DNA from: Faecalibaculum rodentium
GTDB lineage: Bacteria; Bacillota_I; Bacilli_A; Erysipelotrichales; Erysipelotrichaceae
Assembly: GCF_001564455.1 (NCBI RefSeq)
Contig: NZ_CP011391.1
Span: forward strand, 1,050,001-1,082,000
DNA: 32,000 nt
Reading direction: 5' to 3'
Under the pieces are notes generated by a model. The model did not search any database. It was not told the DNA's origin and saw nothing but the letters and a program-made list of their open reading frames with translations. Both the position numbers and the translations under genes were made by a program. The stretch's first letter is position 1; every line of letters begins with the position of its first letter. Shown here piece after piece: positions 26,097 to 32,000 of the stretch.

Positions 26097-26159
26097 TCTT
26101 TTTGGCCATTATAAAAACAACTTAGGGGATAACTTTCAAAAAAAGCCTGTTTTTCCTCG

Positions 26160-27275
26160 TCAGTTTAGCTTGCCTATAAGGTTATTTGCCCTCTGTTTAA
26201 GCCAGAACAGATGATATTTATAAAGATTCAGACCCAGACAGTTCAAAAGAAATTCCATCTTGACACCTTTCAATCCTCTTCGCCTGAATCTGGTCATTCC
26301 CCGGTCTTGCTTCAGGATCCCGAATGCTCCCTCCACCTGTATTGACCGCTGCCTGCAGAGTCCCTTTCCTTCTTCGCATCCCAGGTTTTCATCTACTTTT
26401 CCCTGCAGCTCTTCCATCACTACATTCTTTCCGACTCTCCTGTACTTTCCGAACCGGAAACAATGGGACCGTCTGGGACATCCCTCACAATGGCCTTTCT
26501 CCGCGTACATCTGACTGATATGAAGATTTCCACCACGGGTCCTTGATATATTGTCCCCTTCATACTGATCCAGGACCCTTCCTTCCGGACAGATCAGAAA
26601 CCCTTCTTCTGTTTGCTTCCAGTTGAGCACATTGTAGATCCTCTTCTGGAATCTTCGGTCCTTCTTCTTCCCAAAGTTTCCGTATTTCTGTACCAGTTCT
26701 ATCCCGTTTTTCAGGTTGTACAGGTAATTGTCAAGACTTCCATATCCCGCATCCGCTACGGGTCTGCAAGGATACTTCCCTGTATAGTCATGATAACGGT
26801 CCATGAAAGCCTGCCAGGTGAGGGTGTCTCCCGGATTCTGGAATATATCCGCATTCACGATCAATCCGTCACTGACTGCGATCTGGCAGTTGTAGCACGG
26901 TCTGGTGACTCCGCTTTGGTTGTAATAATCCCATTTGGTGGCCATGAAGGTCGCATCAAGGTCGGTTTTTGAACATGAGTTGCGGTTTCCAAGCGTATAA
27001 AGCCATTCTTCATACTCCATCAGCTTCAAAGCCATTTTCAACAGTGAATCATAGTATCTCTGAATGGAAGACTTGCGATGGCCGATCCCATAACAGATTT
27101 TCGTGTCAGTCTGGACCATGACTTCCATCAGGTACTGGCAGACATAGAAAAGATCCCAGGACTGATATTCATCCCTGAGGGGATAGTCTGGTCCTATGTC
27201 AAGAAAACGGACACTGATTTTAGAGAGTCGGCAGATACTGCCAATTCTACGAAAGATTTCCTCCGCTTCCTCCCT
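26160..27275 (-). pseudogene. IS1182-family transposase, C-terminal fragment (DDE domain)
   Basis: DLDATFM, VADAGYGS, a Cys-rich CEGCPRRSHC segment, and the terminal VEGAFGILKQDRGMTRFRRRGLKGV motif typical of IS4/IS5/IS1182 DDE transposases. The frame stays open upstream of the track start (27128) to at least 27275. Confidence 0.75.
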
Positions 27276-27412
27276 TGACAGTGGGGCCCACTATCCCCTG
27301 GACCCCTTTCTCTTGCCTTCATCCAAAGAGTCAATATCTGACAGTTCTTGGCTGAAGGCTCATCAGTCTACCAGGGGATAGCCCACTGTAAAGGGCGCTC
27401 CAGAATTCTTTC

Positions 27413-28231
27413 TCAGTCAGTGCTGGTCCTTTGGAACATTACTTCATATTCTGCTGGGGACATATATCCACAGTGGCTGTGTATCCGTTCAGGGTTGTAC
27501 CAGTCATCTATATACTGACTCACCAGTCGGTATGCATGCCTGTAGTTCTGTATATCGAACCTGCTCAGCCATTCCCTCTTGATCAGGGAGTGGAATGATT
27601 CAATACAGGCGTTGTCATACGGAACTCCTTTTGCTGAATAACTGCGAATCATTCCTCTGGTCAGTTTTCTGTACAGATCACAGGTATAGTGGATTCCTCG
27701 GTCCGTATGAATCATTATCGGTTCCTGGGACGGCCGGCGTTTTCTGGCTTCTTCGATCGATTTCAGAATTGGACCTGTGTCCAGCGTTTTTGTAAGCTTC
27801 CAGGAAATGATCCTTCTGGAATACAGATCCATGATGCAGGCAAGGTAAACGAATCCGTCCAGCTTTGTGTGGATATAGGTGATATCTGTGCACCATACGC
27901 AGTTTGGGTGAGCCGGAGAGAAGTTTCTATCCAGAAGATTCTTCAGATTTCCACTGAAATCACTTCGTATTGTGGTTTGTGTATGAGGCTTGACCCACTG
28001 TGCTCGGATCCCCATTTGACGCATATAAACACCAACGGTCCTTTCTGTAATGGAGATCCCTCCTGAGTTCAGGATTTTAGCGATTTTTGGCGCTCCGTAG
28101 TTTTCGTGGCTGTCTTCATAAATCTGAAGGATGGCCTTTTTCACATCATGCCTGCGCTTTTCCTGGTGGCTGGGTTTCCGCTTTAAATAGTCGTAATAGC
28201 CAGATCTTGAAAGACCAAGTTTATGAAGCAC
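27413..28231 (-). CDS. IS3-family transposase OrfB (DDE integrase core), normally made as an OrfAB frameshift fusion
   Basis: rve-type motifs (WCTDITYI, HTDRGIHYT, DNACIESFH). The frame stays open upstream to the slippery site at 28320-28327. Confidence 0.9.
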   Translation of the reverse strand: MLHKLGLSRSGYYDYLKRKPSHQEKRRHDVKKAILQIYEDSHENYGAPKIAKILNSGGISITERTVGVYMRQMGIRAQWVKPHTQTTIRSDFSGNLKNLLDRNFSPAHPNCVWCTDITYIHTKLDGFVYLACIMDLYSRRIISWKLTKTLDTGPILKSIEEARKRRPSQEPIMIHTDRGIHYTCDLYRKLTRGMIRSYSAKGVPYDNACIESFHSLIKREWLSRFDIQNYRHAYRLVSQYIDDWYNPERIHSHCGYMSPAEYEVMFQRTSTD

Positions 28232-28296
28232 CCTGGATACCGAGAATTGGATTCCAGCTTTATGATCCTCGGCAACAAGTTCGTATTCGACCTGCT

Positions 28297-28596
28297 TCAG
28301 TTTCCCAGAATGCTTATGGCTTTTTTTAGAATCTTCAAAGCCTCCTGTGAGTCCCTGAGTTCTCGTTGAAGCCTGACATTTTCTTTGAGAAGGTCTTTTT
28401 CTTCCTTGTCATTATTATGAGCTGTCACAGCTGAAAGACCGGATCGGTTGAAATCTGCCCTCCATCTTTCCAGGGTGCTGCGGCCTACACCAAGTGTTTC
28501 AGCACATTCTATAACGGTCATTTCTGGATGGTTAGTCAAAAATTGAACCGCATCCTGCTTGAATTCATCTGTAAATGTTTTACGTTTCTTTGCCAT
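28297..28596 (-). CDS. IS3-family transposase OrfA (helix-turn-helix)
   Basis: MAKKRKTFTDEFKQDAVQF...CAETLGVGRSTLERW HTH and leucine-zipper-like tail. AGAGGA RBS. Confidence 0.9.
   Translation of the reverse strand: MAKKRKTFTDEFKQDAVQFLTNHPEMTVIECAETLGVGRSTLERWRADFNRSGLSAVTAHNNDKEEKDLLKENVRLQRELRDSQEALKILKKAISILGN
28320..28327 (-). promoter_or_regulatory. Programmed -1 frameshift site AAAAAAAG of the IS3 element
   Basis: A7G lies near the orfA end. A -1 shift joins ...ALKILKK to ...HKHSGKLKQVEYELVAEDHKAG...MLHKLGLSRSG of orfB. Confidence 0.75.
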
Positions 28597-28692
28597 AGAT
28601 TTTCCTCTTTCATAGTGATTGTAGTTCTATGACATAGATACCGGTATTCTTAGAATCTCTAAATGGACTGTCCGTAAATTATTCTAAGGTCA

Positions 28693-29286
28693 GTCATAGC
28701 CAAAGAAGGAATTGATCTCGCTTAACAAAGCTGAAGCGCTCAGATACAGCTTCTTGCGACTGTTCACGATCCTCTTCTTATAGACGAAAGAATTCTTGTG
28801 GGCATTAGCTTCTATCTTTGTTCCATCGACGAATTGCACATGTGGGTCGATGCACATCAGATCGACGGCGATATGATGGCTGAGCTCAAAGAAAATATCA
28901 TCGATGGCCCCTTCCTGAAGGATATCCAGGACCCTTTTGAAAGCCTGATGGCTGGGCATTTCATAGTTGGACAGGTAAAGAAACCGACAGTCTGTACGGC
29001 ACAGGGATTCCAGCTCCCTGAGGGAGATGTTCTTTCTGGATGTCATGTATGAGAAAAGGATGACCCGGAGCAGCATCACACGATCGTGAGAGCTGGAATT
29101 GTTCGATCTGACCGGAGCGAAGTATTTGGCAAGATTGATCCTTTCTATCGCTTCCAGGAAAGAGTAAACAGGGTCATCAGATTGGATTCGGACTGGTACA
29201 TCCAGCGCGAGTGATTCTTGTACGCCGAACGGATAATGGATATAATTCGGTTGTATGTTTTTTAGCACAAACAAATCATACAACAA
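28693..29286 (-). pseudogene. IS1182-family transposase, N-terminal fragment (DUF772-like domain)
   Basis: DPVYSFLEAIERINLAKYF...MLLRVILFSYMTSRKNISLRELE...MPSHQAFKRV is the typical N-terminal domain. It ends at a TGA contributed by the IS3 end. TTG start as given by the ORF track. Confidence 0.7.
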
Positions 29287-29356
29287 AGGGCAGATCAGCT
29301 GATAAGCTTTCCTGCCCTTTGCGTTTTTATTTAGGATAGCTGTCCAGGTTTAACTG

Positions 29357-29370
29357 TTACAGCCCCTTTT
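29357..29370. repeat. 14-bp direct repeat TTACAGCCCCTTTT (right copy)
   Basis: Identical to 26028-26041. Confidence 0.8.
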
Positions 29371-29389
29371 ATAAATTGAGTGGCTGTGA

Positions 29390-30598
29390 CTAATCTTCGC
29401 AGTTCTTGACAACGACTGCGGTACCCATGCCGCCGCCGATGCAGAGGCTGGCCAGACCGTATTTCGCTTTTTCACGAACCATTTCGTGCAGCAGGGAAAC
29501 GAAGATCCGGTTGCCGGATGCACCAACGGGGTGACCCAGGGCGATGGCGCCGCCGTTCACGTTGGTGATCTTCAGGAGTTCATCGCGGTCGATGCCTGTC
29601 TTTTCCACCAGTTCATGAACCACACCCAGAGACTGGGATGCGAAGGCTTCGTTCAGCTCGATGACATCCATGTCCTGCAGCTTCAGGTCTGCCTGTTTCA
29701 GGGCGTTCAGGATCGCAGGTGTGGGACCCAGGCCCATGTACAGGGGATCGACGCCGCCCTGTCCGCAGCCGATGACTTCGGCAATGGGCTTCAGGTTGTA
29801 TTTCTTCACGGCTTCTTCGCTTGCCACGATACACATGGAAGCGCCGTCGTTGATGCCGGATGCGTTGCCGGCTGTGACTGTGCCGTCCTTGATGAAGGCC
29901 GGACGAAGTTTCGCCAGTTTTTCCAGGGACGTGGCACGGGGGTGTTCATCGGTGTCGAAGACAACCGTTGCCTTGCGCTGTTTTACTTCGATGGGAACGA
30001 TTTCGTCCTTGAATTTGCCGTCTGCAATGGCCTTCAGGGCTTTTTCCTGGGATGCCAGGGCAAATTCGTCCTGCATTTCACGGGTGATGTTGTATTTCTT
30101 GGCAATGTTTTCTGCAGTCACGCCCATGTGTACATTATTCATGGCGTCTGTCAGGGCATCATAGGTCATGGCATCCACAATTGTCTGGTTGCCCATTTTT
30201 GTGCCGGTGCGGTTTTTGCCGCTCAGCAGGTAGGGAGCAGCGGACATGTTTTCCACGCCGCCGGCCACGAACAGGTCGCCCCAGCCTGCATGAATGCGGA
30301 TGGTCGCTTCAATGATGGCTTCCAGACCGGATCCGCAGACCATGTTGATGGAGTGGGCAGGCACGCTTTCGGGAATGCCGGCATCCAGGGAAATGTGGCG
30401 GGCGATGTTCTGGCCCAGGCCTGCGCCGATGACGTTGCCGATGATGACTTCGTTGATGTCCTTGGGCTCAATGCCTGCTTCGGCAATGGCTGCCTTCAGG
30501 ACTGTGGCTCCCAGCTCGGCGGCGGGAACATTGGTCAGACTGCCCAGAAATGTACCGATGGCGGAACGCTTGGCAGCGACGATGTAGGCTTTGTTCAT
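29390..30598 (-). CDS. thlA: Acetyl-CoA acetyltransferase (thiolase II)
   Basis: Active-site NMVCGSGL, GGVENMS, NVNGGAIALGHPVGASG and CIGGGMG motifs; 402 aa. Confidence 0.95.
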   Translation of the reverse strand: MNKAYIVAAKRSAIGTFLGSLTNVPAAELGATVLKAAIAEAGIEPKDINEVIIGNVIGAGLGQNIARHISLDAGIPESVPAHSINMVCGSGLEAIIEATIRIHAGWGDLFVAGGVENMSAAPYLLSGKNRTGTKMGNQTIVDAMTYDALTDAMNNVHMGVTAENIAKKYNITREMQDEFALASQEKALKAIADGKFKDEIVPIEVKQRKATVVFDTDEHPRATSLEKLAKLRPAFIKDGTVTAGNASGINDGASMCIVASEEAVKKYNLKPIAEVIGCGQGGVDPLYMGLGPTPAILNALKQADLKLQDMDVIELNEAFASQSLGVVHELVEKTGIDRDELLKITNVNGGAIALGHPVGASGNRIFVSLLHEMVREKAKYGLASLCIGGGMGTAVVVKNCED

Positions 30599-30672
30599 AA
30601 TAGGTCCTCTTTCTACTCCGTTTCAGAGTCCTTTATGATAGTACCGCCCGCCCGGGAAGGTGTCAAACTGAT

Positions 30673-30690
30673 TTGTGATTAAATGCACAA
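30673..30690. promoter_or_regulatory. Rex-like operator 1 (TTGTGATTAAATGCACAA)
   Basis: 18-bp imperfect palindrome matching the clostridial Rex box pattern TTGTnAnnnnnnTnACAA, in the thl-bcd divergent region. Confidence 0.45.
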
Positions 30691-30734
30691 TTTGAAAATC
30701 CCCTTACATATAGGGCGGATTATTACAGTATAAA

Positions 30735-30752
30735 TTGTGAAATTGTTCTCAA
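30735..30752. promoter_or_regulatory. Rex-like operator 2 (TTGTGAAATTGTTCTCAA)
   Basis: Second 18-bp imperfect palindrome with the same half-site, 7 nt upstream of the candidate bcd -35. Confidence 0.4.
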
Positions 30753-30758
30753 TTGTCA

Positions 30759-30787
30759 TTGACTTCAATGGAAGCGCTCTGTAAAAT
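30759..30787 (+). promoter_or_regulatory. Candidate sigma-A promoter of bcd
   Basis: TTGACT (30759-30764), a 17-nt spacer, then TAAAAT (30782-30787). Confidence 0.45.
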
Positions 30788-30865
30788 TGAGTCGCATGTA
30801 AAACAGTGAAAACTTTTTTGTGTGCCTGCCAATGCAAGTTCATGTATGGAAAGGAGAACTTCATT

Positions 30866-32000
30866 ATGGATTTTAACCTGACAGAGCAGCAGAAGCTGAT
30901 GCAGAAGCTGTTCCGCGAAGTTGCGGAAAATGAAGTAAAGGAAAACGCAGCAGACGTTGACGAAAACGAACGCTTCCCGAAGGAAGCCGTTCAGGTCATG
31001 AGAGACGCCAAGATGCTGGGTATTCCATATCCCAAGGAATATGGAGGCGCCGGTGCCGACTATCTGAGCTACATCCTCGCAGTCGAGGAACTGAGCAAGA
31101 AGTGTGCAACAACCGGTGTTGTCCTGTCCGCTCACACCTCCCTGGGCACCTGGCCCATCGCCCAGTTCGGCACACCCGAACAGAAGGAAAAATATCTTCG
31201 CCCGCTGGCATCCGGTGAAAAGCTGGCTGCCTTCGGCCTGACTGAACCCAATGCAGGCACAGACGCTGCCGGTCAGCAGACGACTGCCGTGAAGGATGGC
31301 GACGATTATGTCATCAACGGCACCAAGATTTTCATCACCAACGCCGGTGAAGCCGATGTCTACATCATCTTTGCCATGACAGACAAGTCCAAGGGCACCC
31401 GCGGCATTTCCGCTTTCATCGTGGAGAAGGACACACCGGGCTTCACCATTGGCCAGCACGAAAAGAAACTGGGTATCCGCGGTTCCGCTACCAGCGAGCT
31501 GATTTTCAACAACGTGCGTGTTCCGAAGGAGAACCTTCTGGGCAAGGAAGGCCAGGGATTCCGCATTGCCATGCAGACACTGGATGGCGGCCGGATCGGC
31601 ATCGCAGCCCAGGCGCTTGGCATTGCACAGGGCGCCATTGACGAAGTCATTCCCTATGTGAAGGCAAGAAAACAGTTCGGCCGTCCCATTGCAAAATTCC
31701 AGAACACCCAGTTCCAGCTGGCAAACATGCAGACTGCCGTGGACGCAGCACGTCTGCTGGTGTACCAGGCTGCAATGGCAAAGGAACAGGGAAAACCCTA
31801 TACAACACTGGCTGCGGAAGCCAAGCTGTTTGCGGCAGAAACCGCCATGGATGTGACCACAAAGGCCATTCAGCTCATGGGCGGCTACGGCTACACCCGC
31901 GATCTGCCGGTTGAACGCATGTTCCGTGATGCCAAGATCACCGAGATCTATGAAGGAACATCGGAAGTGCAGCGCATGGTCATCTCCGGCGCCATGCTGA
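30866..32000 (+). CDS. bcd: Butyryl-CoA dehydrogenase (acyl-CoA dehydrogenase), 3' end outside the window
   Basis: Hand-translated: MDFNLTEQQKLMQKLFREVAENEV...GLTEPNAGTDA...GGRIGIAAQALG...YEGTSEVQRMVISG. AAAGGAG RBS. It is absent from the ORF track because no stop codon falls inside the window. Confidence 0.93.
   Translation, partial: MDFNLTEQQKLMQKLFREVAENEVKENAADVDENERFPKEAVQVMRDAKMLGIPYPKEYGGAGADYLSYILAVEELSKKCATTGVVLSAHTSLGTWPIAQFGTPEQKEKYLRPLASGEKLAAFGLTEPNAGTDAAGQQTTAVKDGDDYVINGTKIFITNAGEADVYIIFAMTDKSKGTRGISAFIVEKDTPGFTIGQHEKKLGIRGSATSELIFNNVRVPKENLLGKEGQGFRIAMQTLDGGRIGIAAQALGIAQGAIDEVIPYVKARKQFGRPIAKFQNTQFQLANMQTAVDAARLLVYQAAMAKEQGKPYTTLAAEAKLFAAETAMDVTTKAIQLMGGYGYTRDLPVERMFRDAKITEIYEGTSEVQRMVISGAML

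Larger units (their letters stand above)
27276..28692 (-). mobile_element. IS3-family insertion sequence nested in the IS1182 transposase gene
   Basis: orfA/orfB with an A7G slippery site. The right end ...GGTCA (TGACC on the coding strand) supplies the TGA that truncates the IS1182 ORF. The left end is uncertain, with candidates at 27276 (TGAC) and 27334 (GTCA duplication). Confidence 0.7.
26042..29356 (-). mobile_element. IS1182-family (IS5/IS1182 superfamily) element carrying a nested IS3-family element
   Basis: The split transposase has its N-part at 28693-29286 and C-part at 26160 to about 27275. The element is flanked by a 14-bp direct repeat and has weak terminal similarity GTTATAAAC (26045-26053) / GTTTAAC (29349-29355). 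Confidence 0.7.

Noticed and set aside
29486-31459. 398-aa plus-strand ORF antisense to thiolase and 236-aa minus-strand ORF antisense to bcd
   Set aside because: Both are antisense to genes with unmistakable catalytic motifs.

Overview
GC-rich Firmicutes-type chromosomal segment (GGAGG ribosome-binding sites, overlapping ATGA gene junctions). It holds housekeeping operons broken up by three insertion sequences and one low-GC island. Left to right: ileS; a divergent pair made of a small membrane protein plus an exported flavodoxin-like lipoprotein, facing a BlaI/BlaR1-like repressor/M56-protease pair; an IS110/IS1111-type element inserted in a small ORF; apbE divergent from an rnfCDGEA operon that carries an extra Cys-rich mini-ORF and an unusually short rnfB; a low-GC two-gene island encoding exported proteins; an ECF sigma/anti-sigma pair; rqcH; gmk; rimP-nusA-ylxR-ylxQ-infB-rbfA; about 440 bp with no convincing gene; an IS3-family element nested inside an IS1182-family element; then divergent thiolase and butyryl-CoA dehydrogenase genes (the latter runs off the window). 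No rRNA, tRNA or CRISPR array was seen. The three leads I rate highest: (1) the atypical Rnf module, with a ferredoxin-less 101-aa RnfB, a translationally coupled 61-aa Cys-rich membrane ORF, and an RnfD carrying a lipoprotein-like acidic repeat tail; (2) the IS110/IS1111-type element, whose long 3' non-coding region holds junction-matching motifs and repeats as expected for a bridge/seek guide RNA; (3) the low-GC island, whose right boundary lies inside a lipoprotein gene. All calls come from reading the sequence and ORF translations only. No database search, RNA folding or composition calculation was run.
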